From positions 1 to 21,822 of the forward strand of contig JBGQGY010000057.1 of the NCBI GenBank assembly GCA_041497675.1: a stretch of DNA of 21,822 nt, in the 5' to 3' direction. The position numbers were made by a program, and so were the translations under genes. This DNA comes from a bacterium. Lineage in GTDB: Bacteria; Sysuimicrobiota; Sysuimicrobiia; Sysuimicrobiales; Humicultoraceae. The notes under the pieces are model-generated. The model worked only from the letters and a program-made list of their open reading frames with translations. It made no database searches and was not told where the DNA came from. This document shows positions 7,461 to 15,857 of this stretch, piece by piece (within the stretch, counting starts at the first letter, position 1; every line of letters starts with the position of its first letter).

Positions 7461-8912
7461 TCAGCCTCCCAACACCTCTATGGCCTGCTTCACGGCATCG
7501 GCAACCGCCGATGGCAATGTAAGCCCAAACCCGATGAGCAGGGCGAAGTTGACCGCCAGCGGCGCAATCGCCCAGCTAGGCACCGCGCCGCGATCCAGCG
7601 TGTCGGGCGGCTCGCCGTAGAGCATGTGATTGACGCCCGCGAGCATCCCGGCAAAGACGACGACGAGCAGCGCGACGCCGATGGCGGCGACCCACGCATG
7701 GCTTTCGAGACCCGCGCGAAAAATGATGAACTCGCTGACAAACAGCCCAAACGGCGGCAACCCCACGAGCGCCACCGTGGCCGCGAGGAACGCTCCTCCT
7801 GTGAGCGGCGAGGCACGCAGGAGCCCTCGGACCCGGCCAATGTCGGTCGTCCGGTATTTCAACAGAATGTTGCCCGAAAGCATGAAAAGAAGCGATTTCG
7901 ACAGCGCGTGGTTGATCACGTGAAGCAGGGCGCCGAACACGCCCCAATACCCTCCAAAGCCGAGCCCAAGGCAGATGATTCCCATGTGTTCGACGCTCGA
8001 GTACGCCAGCATGCGTTTGTAGTTGCGCTGGGTCAGCAAGAACACTGAAGCGACCGCGAGCGACAGCAGGCCGATACCCATCAGCAACTGCGAAGAGAAA
8101 CTCGACCCCAGAGTCAGATTCACAACCGCGTTAAACCTCATCAGCGCGTAGAGGCCGACGTTGAGCAGCACGCCCGACATCAGCGCGCTTATGGGGGCGG
8201 GCGCCTCGCTGTGCGCATCGGGCAGCCACGTGTGCATTGGCGCGAGCCCCGCCTTCGTGCCATAGCCGACGAGGATGAAGGCAAAGGCCACCCGCACCAC
8301 CTGCGGGTTCAGGCTCGAAGCCGCGGCGTACAGGGAGGTCCAGTTCACCGCGATCTCTCCAAACCGAGCCGCGCCCGCGTAGTACATCAGCACCGTACCG
8401 ACGAACGCCAGCGCGATCCCCACGGACGACAGGATCAAGTATTTGTACGCCGCCTCGAGCGAGGTCCGAGTGTTGTGCAGGTTGACAAGAAACACCGTGG
8501 CCAGCGTGGTGCCTTCTATCGCCACCCACATCACGCCCAAGTTATCGGTCGTCACCGCAAGCAGCATTGTGAAAATAAAGACCTGCGAAAGCGAAAAGAA
8601 GAGCCGCGCCCGTGGTGTGCGCGCGGCATCGAATTCGACCCGCATGTACCCGAGCCCATAGATGGCGGCTATAGCGCCGAGCACCGTCACGACGGTGACC
8701 ATCAGCGCCGAAAGCGCATCCGCGCGCAACAGGGAGCCGAGCGCCGTGATTTCACCCCTCCCGTGCCAGACCCTGACGGCCACCGCCAGTCCGGTCCCCA
8801 GCGTGGCGAGGGCGGCAAGACCATGAATCACTTCCATCACACGCCGCTGGCGCAGCAACGCAATCACTCCTGCCGCAACAGCCGGGATCAGCACCAGCGT
8901 CACTAAGATCAT
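7461..8912 (-). CDS. hyfF: Hydrogenase-4 subunit F-like antiporter-type membrane subunit (Ehr)
   Basis: WVAIEGTTL, LEAAYKY, GYGTKAGLAPMHTWLPDAHSEAPAPISALMSG, KRMLAYSSVEHMG; ATGA overlap with the upstream gene. Confidence 0.92.
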   Translation of the reverse strand: MILVTLVLIPAVAAGVIALLRQRRVMEVIHGLAALATLGTGLAVAVRVWHGRGEITALGSLLRADALSALMVTVVTVLGAIAAIYGLGYMRVEFDAARTPRARLFFSLSQVFIFTMLLAVTTDNLGVMWVAIEGTTLATVFLVNLHNTRTSLEAAYKYLILSSVGIALAFVGTVLMYYAGAARFGEIAVNWTSLYAAASSLNPQVVRVAFAFILVGYGTKAGLAPMHTWLPDAHSEAPAPISALMSGVLLNVGLYALMRFNAVVNLTLGSSFSSQLLMGIGLLSLAVASVFLLTQRNYKRMLAYSSVEHMGIICLGLGFGGYWGVFGALLHVINHALSKSLLFMLSGNILLKYRTTDIGRVRGLLRASPLTGGAFLAATVALVGLPPFGLFVSEFIIFRAGLESHAWVAAIGVALLVVVFAGMLAGVNHMLYGEPPDTLDRGAVPSWAIAPLAVNFALLIGFGLTLPSAVADAVKQAIEVLGG

Positions 8913-9568
8913 CCCTTGAGACTCCCCATCTCACCGACCTCTATAGAATCGAAGTTCTCTTTGATCCGATAGATGAACACTTCCATGATCAGCACCCCCA
9001 CCAACACGTCGAGAAACACACCCATCTCGACGATAAACGGCACACCGTAGGTGGCGAGCAGCGCCAGGAGCACGATGCCGTTCTCCAGCATCAGGAACCC
9101 CAGGATCTGCGTCAGCGCGCGCCGGCGAATCACGGTGATGAACGCGCCGATCAGCACACTCGCAAATGCCAGCGGGATAGCGTCGGCCGTGGGCAGTGGG
9201 TTCGACGTACTGATCGGAGCCATCACGTAGAAGGCGATCGCCACGAGGAGCCCACAGACGAAGAGCGCGGTCGGTGTTCCAAGGTACGGCGCGACGGCCC
9301 GCTGCAAACCGATCCTCGTAACCGCGCGGTTGAGGATCATGGGAATGATGAGCACCTTCACGACCACGAGACCGAGCGCCACGGCGAATAGTTCCGTGCT
9401 GTGCGCAAATACGGCGATCACCGCCGCGAGCATCGAGACGAAGACCGACTGGGCCGCGAACAGCCGAACTTGACCGCCGAGGTCCCCCCGCGCGATCAAC
9501 AGAAACACCGTGCCCAGCGCCAATGACACCAACATGTTGACGAGCTTAGGAAATATCTCGACAAACAT
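8909..9568 (-). CDS. hyfE: Hydrogenase-4 subunit E-like membrane protein (Ehr), 219 aa
   Basis: SD GGAG, ATG 9568; hydrophobic; QILGFLMLENGI, VEMGVFLDV, terminal LKG. Confidence 0.9.
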   Translation of the reverse strand: MFVEIFPKLVNMLVSLALGTVFLLIARGDLGGQVRLFAAQSVFVSMLAAVIAVFAHSTELFAVALGLVVVKVLIIPMILNRAVTRIGLQRAVAPYLGTPTALFVCGLLVAIAFYVMAPISTSNPLPTADAIPLAFASVLIGAFITVIRRRALTQILGFLMLENGIVLLALLATYGVPFIVEMGVFLDVLVGVLIMEVFIYRIKENFDSIEVGEMGSLKG

Positions 9569-9580
9569 TGCCAACTCCGG

Positions 9581-10525
9581 TCACCTGAGAAAGAAAAATG
9601 AGATGACCGCCAGCAGCGCGAGTGTAAACGAACCGCTCAACAGCTCCGGCACCCGAAACAGTCTCAGCTTGGCCACCGAGGTTTCCAGTATCGCCACCGC
9701 AGCGGCCAACGCGCCAACCTTCAGCGCGAGAACCGCAAAGGCGATAGCCACACGCCCGGGCTCAAGCGAGCGGGCCACGCCCCAAGGCAAGAACAGGTTC
9801 GCAAGGAGCACCAGGAACACGAACAACTTCATGCCCGCCGCCCACTCGATCAGCGCGAGATGTCTCCCGGAGTATTCCAATACCATCGCCTCGTGAATCA
9901 TCGTCAGCTCGAGATGCGTCGCGGGATTGTCGACCGGCAGCCGTCCCGTCTCGGCCAGGGCGACGATGAAGAAGGCTACAAACGCGAGCACGTGCCCCGG
10001 ATTCAGAAGGAGCAGGGAATCCTCAGCGCCACGCCTGACAATCTCGTCCAGGCTGGTGCTGCCGACGCGGAGCGCGATGGCGAAGATCGCGACCATCACG
10101 GTCGGCTCAGCCAGCGCGGCGATGATCATCTCTCGGCTCGATCCCATGCCCCCGAAGGCGCTTCCGGCGTCCAATCCCGCCAGCGCCAGGAAGAACGTCG
10201 CCAGGAGCAACAGATACATCAGCACGATGATGTTACCGATGAATCCCAGCGGCGTACGGGTGGTCAGCATCGGCACGAGCAGCGACGAGAGCAGCATCAC
10301 CGACGCGACCAGGTAAGGGGTAAATCGGAAGATCCACGACGTATTCTCGGAAATGACCACTTCCTTCGCCAGCATCTTGCGCAGGTCTCGATACGGTTGG
10401 AACACGCTTGCGCCCCGCCGGCCTTGAAGCCGGGCCTTGACCTTGCGCAGCGACCCGACCATCAGCGGCGCACCAAGAGCCACAATCAGAAGTTGAATCG
10501 CCTCGATCAGAACACTCGCCATCAT
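9581..10525 (-). CDS. hyfC: NuoH/HyfC/HycD-like membrane subunit (Ehr), about 314 aa
   Basis: KARLQGRRG...QPYRDL.K, GSSRE, AETGRLPVDNP.THLELTMIHEAMVLEYSG, KLRLFRVP. ATG 10525 (or 10522), 2 nt after the hyfB-like stop. Confidence 0.92.
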   Translation of the reverse strand: MMASVLIEAIQLLIVALGAPLMVGSLRKVKARLQGRRGASVFQPYRDLRKMLAKEVVISENTSWIFRFTPYLVASVMLLSSLLVPMLTTRTPLGFIGNIIVLMYLLLLATFFLALAGLDAGSAFGGMGSSREMIIAALAEPTVMVAIFAIALRVGSTSLDEIVRRGAEDSLLLLNPGHVLAFVAFFIVALAETGRLPVDNPATHLELTMIHEAMVLEYSGRHLALIEWAAGMKLFVFLVLLANLFLPWGVARSLEPGRVAIAFAVLALKVGALAAAVAILETSVAKLRLFRVPELLSGSFTLALLAVISFFFLR

Positions 10526-10527
10526 GG

Positions 10528-12540
10528 TCAACGTACGATGACCAGCAACACAACCAGAGCCACCAGGATATACAACAGGTAAACGTTGACGTTGCCTGAT
10601 TGCAGAAGCCGCGCGCGTTCGGCGACCCACCGAAGCGTTCGATTGAGCGGCCGGTAGATCGCGTCATCAAAGATCGATCGCGCCTCGTTCCTGTAGCTCA
10701 TCGTTCGCACAAAAAAGCGCGATTCGGGGTGGAACTCGATTGCCAGCTCCTTCACCGGCCGGTAGAGCACGCTGAAGACGCGCTTGAACGGATCGGCGAA
10801 CGACGTGGCCGTGTACTCGAAACGCGCGGTCTGCAAGGCTCGCCCGCAGCCCCACGTCTCGTAGTCACGCCGCGCGGTGTTGGCGTTCAAGACGCGCAAG
10901 GCTATCGGTATTGATACCAGCAACGCCGCAAGAACCACCGCAAGCCAGAGAGGCGACATGGTGGCGAAGGAATCGTTGACGACAATGCCACTCCAGTCGA
11001 AACGCATGTCCGGTGCGGCTCCGAGCAGTTCAGACGTGGCCTTGCTCAGCGACCGCAGCACCGCGAACGGGGCCAGTCCGAGCGCAAGGCATGCAACGGC
11101 CAGAAGCGCCATGGCCGCGCGCATCGAGAAGCCAACCTCGCGGGCGTGTTCAGCACGCTCGCTGCGCGGGAGCGCCAGGAACGAAATACCGAATGCTTTG
11201 ATAAAGCAGGCTGCGGCGAGTCCGCTCGTCAGCGCAAGAGCCGCAACCGAAAGGGCGAAGGTGAGGTTGATGGCCCTCGACGGGATCTGGAAGCTCAGAA
11301 GCAACGATTGAAAGGTGAGCCACTCGCTGATGAATCCGTTGAACGGCGGCAGCGCCGCTATGGCCACCGACCCGACCAGGAAGAACACAGCCGTCTGCGG
11401 CATGCGTTTGATGAGGCCGCCCATCTCTTCCATATTGCGTGTGTGGGTCGAGTGCAGCACTGCGCCGGCGCCCAGAAACAGCAGGCTCTTGAACACGGCG
11501 TGGTTCAACGTGTGCGCCAAACCTGCTATCAGAGCAAGCGCGGCGAGCGCAGGAAGATGGTAGGTCTGGAACAACATGCCTCCTCCCACGCCGAACAAGA
11601 TGATCCCGATGTTCTCAACGCTGTGATACGCCAGCAGGCGTTTCAAATCGTGCTCGACGAGCGCATACAGCACTCCCATGACAGCCGAGACCGCCGCGAC
11701 CAGCAGCAGCACTACGCCCCACCACGCGGGACCACCGCCCAGCCAGTCAAACCCTACGCGCACGAGCCCATAGATGCCGAGCTTGATCATCACACCCGAC
11801 ATGAGCGCGGAGACATGGCTTGGCGCTGCCGGGTGTGCCTGCGGCAGCCATATGTGAAGCGGGATCACGCCCGCCTTTACCCCAAAACCCAGCCCCAGCA
11901 GTACGAAGATCAGATTGCGCGTCGTTCCGGTGACGGCCGCGGTCCCGGCGTGCCAGCCCGCGAATTCCATCGTGCCGGTGGCACGAGACAGCAAGAGAAA
12001 GCCGATCAGCAGGCAGGCAAACCCAGCGTGGGTCATCACGAAGTACAGCCAGCCCGCGCGCTCGGTCTCACGGCTCTCGTGCTCGGTCATGACCAGAAAG
12101 TAGGACGCGAGTGACATCGCTTCCCACAGCGCCAGAAACGTCAGCGCATTGCGCGCCATCACGACCAAGATCATCGAGGCCAGGAAGACATTCAAGGCGA
12201 CGCCCATTCCCGCGAGCGAATATCGGCCCTCGTACTCGCGGGTGTAGCCGATCGCGAAGAGCGTCGTAGGAATGGCCGCGCTTGCTATGACGACGACAAA
12301 GAAAGCGCTCAAGCGATCAATGCCGAGCGTCACCCCGCCGACCGGCAGTATCTGCGGGAGGGAGACGCTGACCGTCCCTCCCGCCAGCCCCGCCAGTCCA
12401 AATACCAGGGCCAGTGACGCGCCGACAAGCGCAAAAGCATGACCGACCACGCGCGAGGCCCGCGGCGATCGGGCGCTGAGCAACGCTCCGGCGGCTCCGG
12501 CTCCGAAGCTCGCAAGCATTCCTACAAGCAAGTTCATCAT
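10528..12540 (-). CDS. hyfB: Hydrogenase-4 subunit B-like antiporter-type membrane subunit (Ehr), 670 aa
   Basis: WEAMSLASY, KAGVIPLHIWLPQAHPAAPSHVSALMSG, KRLLAYHSVENIG, NHAVFKSLLFLGAG, LPPFNGFISEW, TWGCG. ATG 12540 in an ATGA overlap with the small-subunit stop. Confidence 0.93.
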   Translation of the reverse strand: MMNLLVGMLASFGAGAAGALLSARSPRASRVVGHAFALVGASLALVFGLAGLAGGTVSVSLPQILPVGGVTLGIDRLSAFFVVVIASAAIPTTLFAIGYTREYEGRYSLAGMGVALNVFLASMILVVMARNALTFLALWEAMSLASYFLVMTEHESRETERAGWLYFVMTHAGFACLLIGFLLLSRATGTMEFAGWHAGTAAVTGTTRNLIFVLLGLGFGVKAGVIPLHIWLPQAHPAAPSHVSALMSGVMIKLGIYGLVRVGFDWLGGGPAWWGVVLLLVAAVSAVMGVLYALVEHDLKRLLAYHSVENIGIILFGVGGGMLFQTYHLPALAALALIAGLAHTLNHAVFKSLLFLGAGAVLHSTHTRNMEEMGGLIKRMPQTAVFFLVGSVAIAALPPFNGFISEWLTFQSLLLSFQIPSRAINLTFALSVAALALTSGLAAACFIKAFGISFLALPRSERAEHAREVGFSMRAAMALLAVACLALGLAPFAVLRSLSKATSELLGAAPDMRFDWSGIVVNDSFATMSPLWLAVVLAALLVSIPIALRVLNANTARRDYETWGCGRALQTARFEYTATSFADPFKRVFSVLYRPVKELAIEFHPESRFFVRTMSYRNEARSIFDDAIYRPLNRTLRWVAERARLLQSGNVNVYLLYILVALVVLLVIVR

Positions 12541-13064
12541 GGCTTCTGTTCGCGCTTCTGCAGGGCGGCCAGGATGCCCGAGAGGATCATCTGTGGAGTT
12601 GGCGGGCAGCCCGCGACGACGACGTCGACGGGCACAACGGCGGATACCGGTCCAAACACTCCGTACCCGCCGGCGAAGATTCCGCAATCGCGGGCGCAGT
12701 CCCCGACTGCCACGACAAACTTGGGGGCAGGCATCGCCTCGTACGTACGCTTAAGGGGGTCGGCCATGTTGCGGGTCACGGGACCGGTCACGAGCAGGCA
12801 GTCCGCGTGACGCGGAGACGCGACGAAGTGCAGGCCAAATCGCTCAAGATCGTAAAACGGATTGTTCAGCGCGACGATCTCGATCTCACAGCCATTGCAT
12901 GAACCCGCATCGACCTCCCGGATGTGCAGGGAGCGACCAAGAAGCCCGCGCGCTCGCTCATCGATTTCGCGCGCGATGATCTCGATTTGCTGATTCCCGT
13001 CTGTTCCAACGAGAGGTTCAGTGACAAGGGGTGTCTTCAGGATCTTCCGCAGCAACTTGCTCAT
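12537..13064 (-). CDS. hyfI: Ehr small subunit (HyfI/HycG/NuoB-like 4Fe-4S protein), 175 aa
   Basis: GSCNGCEIE, ASPRHAD, AVGDCA and GCPPTP give the four cluster cysteines. ATG 13064 (alternative TTG 13070); no clear SD. Confidence 0.92.
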   Translation of the reverse strand: MSKLLRKILKTPLVTEPLVGTDGNQQIEIIAREIDERARGLLGRSLHIREVDAGSCNGCEIEIVALNNPFYDLERFGLHFVASPRHADCLLVTGPVTRNMADPLKRTYEAMPAPKFVVAVGDCARDCGIFAGGYGVFGPVSAVVPVDVVVAGCPPTPQMILSGILAALQKREQKP

Positions 13065-13295
13065 GGTCAAATAAGCCCGTGGCTACTTCTACAAGGAAAC
13101 GGGGCTTACCTATTGCACCGCCTAGGCTGGATAGTGCAACAAGACACCGGCGAGCGTCATTGAATGTCTTTGTCCGCTCGATGTTGGGTTGCTAGTGAAG
13201 ATTCCGAATGCCCCGTCAGAGGAACTCGTGCGCTAACGCTGGTTGGTGACCGGAAACTCGCTTTCGGCGCGGATACCGGCAGGATAGAGACCCAA

Positions 13296-13325
13296 ACAAA
13301 TTGTATATCTTACAGCAAAATTGCT
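13296..13325. promoter_or_regulatory. AT-rich tandem palindromes, candidate operator/promoter for the PAS-HTH regulator operon
   Basis: ACAA-A-TTGT (13296-13304) and AGCAA-AA-TTGCT (13314-13325), with TGTA-N5-TACA (13302-13314) between them; about 22 nt upstream of the regulator start. Confidence 0.5.
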
Positions 13326-13347
13326 CTATGACGATGAGGTGGGCAGC

Positions 13348-14079
13348 GTGGCGAGACACCAGGGTTCGGTTGCTGCGTCTAGCGACCGTAGTCCCGCAAG
13401 CCTTCCCCCCGTCCCTGAGAAAGATGTCGACGGGGTCCTGAGCATATTGCGCCCGCTCGTCGAAGCCGTTGGCGCCACCGTCGGCGCGCACTGCGAAGTG
13501 GTGCTCCATGACCTCCGGGTGCCCGAGCGATCGGTCGTCGCGATCTGGAACGGGCAGATCACCGGCCGGCGGGTTGGTGGACCCGTCGTCGGTGGACCGT
13601 CGAAGGACGTCGCGTTGAAGATGCTCGACTCGAGCGTCACCGAGTCGACCCTGTCCGTCAACTACAAGACGCAGGCCAGAGATGGCCGCGAGCTCAGGTC
13701 GAGCTCGATGGTGTATCGCACGCCTGAGGGCAAGCCGGTCATCGCGTTGTGCGTGAACCTCGATCTCTCCGCAATGACCATGGTGCGTCAGTTGCTGGAT
13801 GAGATCACGAGACCGGCGCCCGCCGAGACTGCAGCCGCGGAGGACGACGCCGGTCAGATCGACGTGTCCGAGATCGTCGAGAAGATCATCCGTGAGTCGG
13901 TGACGGAGGTCGGCAAACCGCCGAAGTTCATGGACCGCGACGAACGGCTCCGCGCCGTGCGGCTGATGCACGAACGCGGTCTCTTTCTCATCCGAGGCGG
14001 TGTCGAGCGCGCGGCCGGGGCCCTGGGCATCGCGCGATTCACCATGTACAGCTACCTCAAGGACGTTCGAGGAGCGTGA
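13348..14079 (+). CDS. YheO/DauR-family transcriptional regulator (YheO-like PAS domain plus C-terminal HTH)
   Basis: G.HCEVVLHDL, SVVAI.NG.ITGR.VG, DGRELRSS, ALCVNLD; C-terminal GLFLIRGGVERAA.ALGIARFTMYSYL. GTG 13348 follows SD GAGGTGG (the ORF track starts at 13321). Confidence 0.92.
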   Translation: MARHQGSVAASSDRSPASLPPVPEKDVDGVLSILRPLVEAVGATVGAHCEVVLHDLRVPERSVVAIWNGQITGRRVGGPVVGGPSKDVALKMLDSSVTESTLSVNYKTQARDGRELRSSSMVYRTPEGKPVIALCVNLDLSAMTMVRQLLDEITRPAPAETAAAEDDAGQIDVSEIVEKIIRESVTEVGKPPKFMDRDERLRAVRLMHERGLFLIRGGVERAAGALGIARFTMYSYLKDVRGA

Positions 14080-14082
14080 ACC

Positions 14083-15831
14083 GTGGCGAGATGGGATGAT
14101 CCCCTGCACACCGATGAGTATTCGACGGCCAACCGTCCACCGGTGCTGGGCACTCGTGGGATCGTGTCCTCGGGCCACTACGCGGCGAGCTTCGCCGGAG
14201 CGCTCATCCTTCAAGAGGGCGGCAACGCCATCGACGCCGGCGTCGCGGCGGGGCTGTGCATCAACGTGCTCCAGCCGGACATGACCAGCCTCGGCGGCGT
14301 GGCGCCGATCATGATCTACCGGGCCGACACGCACTCCGTCGTGACGATCGACGGTTTGGGCGTGTGGCCCCGGGCGGCGTCGATCGACTTCTTTGACACA
14401 CAATGCGGCGGTGACATGCCCCCCGGCGTGCTGCGATCCGTCGTGCCTGCCGCGGTGGCCGCCTGGATTGCCGCGCTCGACCAGTATGGGACGATGAGTT
14501 TCGCACGGGTCGCGGCCCCCGCCCTGGAATTGGCAGAGCACGGGTTCCCCGTCTATCGATTTCTGCACCGGAACCTCATCCATGATCTCGCAGGGTATCG
14601 TCGCTTTCCGACCACATCGCAGCTCTTGCTCCGCAACGGCGCGCCGTTACCGGTGGGGACGCTGCTCGTCCAGTCGGACTTAGCGGCGACCCTGCGGCGC
14701 ATGATCCGGGCCGAAGAGCAAGCCCAGTCGGGTGGCCGGCGGGCCGGTCTGGCGGCGGCGCGCGCAGAGTTCTACGAGGGTGAGACCGCCGAACGGATCA
14801 CGCGGTTCATGGAATCGGAAGGCGGACTCCTTCGCCCGCCCGATCTGCGCAACTATCGCGTCCGCATCGAACAGCCGCTGCGCACCACGTACAAGGGCTA
14901 TGAGGTGCTTTCATGCGGACCCTGGTGTCAGGGTCCGGTGCTCCTCCAGGCGCTCAACCTGCTGGAGGGAGACGATCTGGCGGCGCTCGAGCACAACAGC
15001 GCTAAGCACCTCCATCTCGTCGTTGAGAGTTTGAAGCTGGCATTCGCGGATCGCGAAGCCTACTACGGCGACCCGGCAGTTGTCGATGTGCCCATGGACG
15101 CGCTGCTCTCCAAGGCGTACGCGCGAGAGCGCCGATCCCTCATCCGCGAGCAGGCGTTTCCCGAGATGCCGCCGCCCGGCGACGTCCAGACCCGTGGCGC
15201 GAGAGTGACGACCGGTGAGGCGCGTGCCTCGTCCTTCAAGGAGCCGGACACGAGTTACGTCTCCGCGGTCGACCGGTGGGGGAACGCCTTTTCGGCCACT
15301 CCCAGCGACAGCGCGTCGACCGGTCCGCTTGTGCCGGGCGTCGGGTGCATCGTGTCCTCGAGGGGCTCGCAATCGTGGCTCACGCGTGGACACCCGAGCG
15401 CCTTGGCCCCGGGAAAGCGCCCGCGGCTGACCCCCTCTCCCGCCATGGCGTTCCGCGACGGCCGCCCCTTCCTCGTGTTTGGCACGCCGGGCGGCGATAT
15501 CCAGCCGCAGGCCATGCTGCAGGTGCTGCTGAACGTGGTCGATTTTGGCATCGAATTGCAGACCGCGCTCGAGAAGGACAGAGTGCACAGCTACAGCTTC
15601 CCCAACTCGTTTTGGCCGCATGCCTATCGCCCGGGAGCTCTAGATATCGAACCGGGCTTGAGCGAACACGTGGCCGCGGATCTCTCGAGCCGGGGCCACC
15701 GCGTGCGACGGCTGACGCACTGGGATCGCCACCGGAGCAGCGGAGTCTGTGCCATCCAGGTCGGGACGGAGCCGGGCCTCTTGATTGGGGCCGCCGACAA
15801 CCGGCGCGAATCATACGCCGTCGGCTGGTGA
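14083..15831 (+). CDS. ggt: Gamma-glutamyltransferase-family Ntn hydrolase, cytoplasmic, non-canonical subfamily
   Basis: GGNAIDAGVA, LAEHGFP, FYEG, LAFADR..Y.GDP, autoprocessing site D-T390-SYVSAVD..GN, PGKRP, FGTPGGD.QPQ, GAADNRR; no signal peptide. Confidence 0.9.
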   Translation: MARWDDPLHTDEYSTANRPPVLGTRGIVSSGHYAASFAGALILQEGGNAIDAGVAAGLCINVLQPDMTSLGGVAPIMIYRADTHSVVTIDGLGVWPRAASIDFFDTQCGGDMPPGVLRSVVPAAVAAWIAALDQYGTMSFARVAAPALELAEHGFPVYRFLHRNLIHDLAGYRRFPTTSQLLLRNGAPLPVGTLLVQSDLAATLRRMIRAEEQAQSGGRRAGLAAARAEFYEGETAERITRFMESEGGLLRPPDLRNYRVRIEQPLRTTYKGYEVLSCGPWCQGPVLLQALNLLEGDDLAALEHNSAKHLHLVVESLKLAFADREAYYGDPAVVDVPMDALLSKAYARERRSLIREQAFPEMPPPGDVQTRGARVTTGEARASSFKEPDTSYVSAVDRWGNAFSATPSDSASTGPLVPGVGCIVSSRGSQSWLTRGHPSALAPGKRPRLTPSPAMAFRDGRPFLVFGTPGGDIQPQAMLQVLLNVVDFGIELQTALEKDRVHSYSFPNSFWPHAYRPGALDIEPGLSEHVAADLSSRGHRVRRLTHWDRHRSSGVCAIQVGTEPGLLIGAADNRRESYAVGW

Positions 15832-15857
15832 ACAAGACCTTTCTTAGGAGGTAGCGT

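Noticed and set aside
12541..12687. N-terminal extension of the HyfB-like ORF (and likewise 10526-10630 of the HyfC-like ORF)
   Set aside because: Overlaps conserved coding sequence of the upstream subunit; coupled ATGs at 12540 and 10525 are better starts.
13140..13260. Fluoride riboswitch upstream of the Ehr operon (minus-strand AATGACGC resembles its 3' motif)
   Set aside because: The 5' GGNGATG...CC hairpin of the family is not present.
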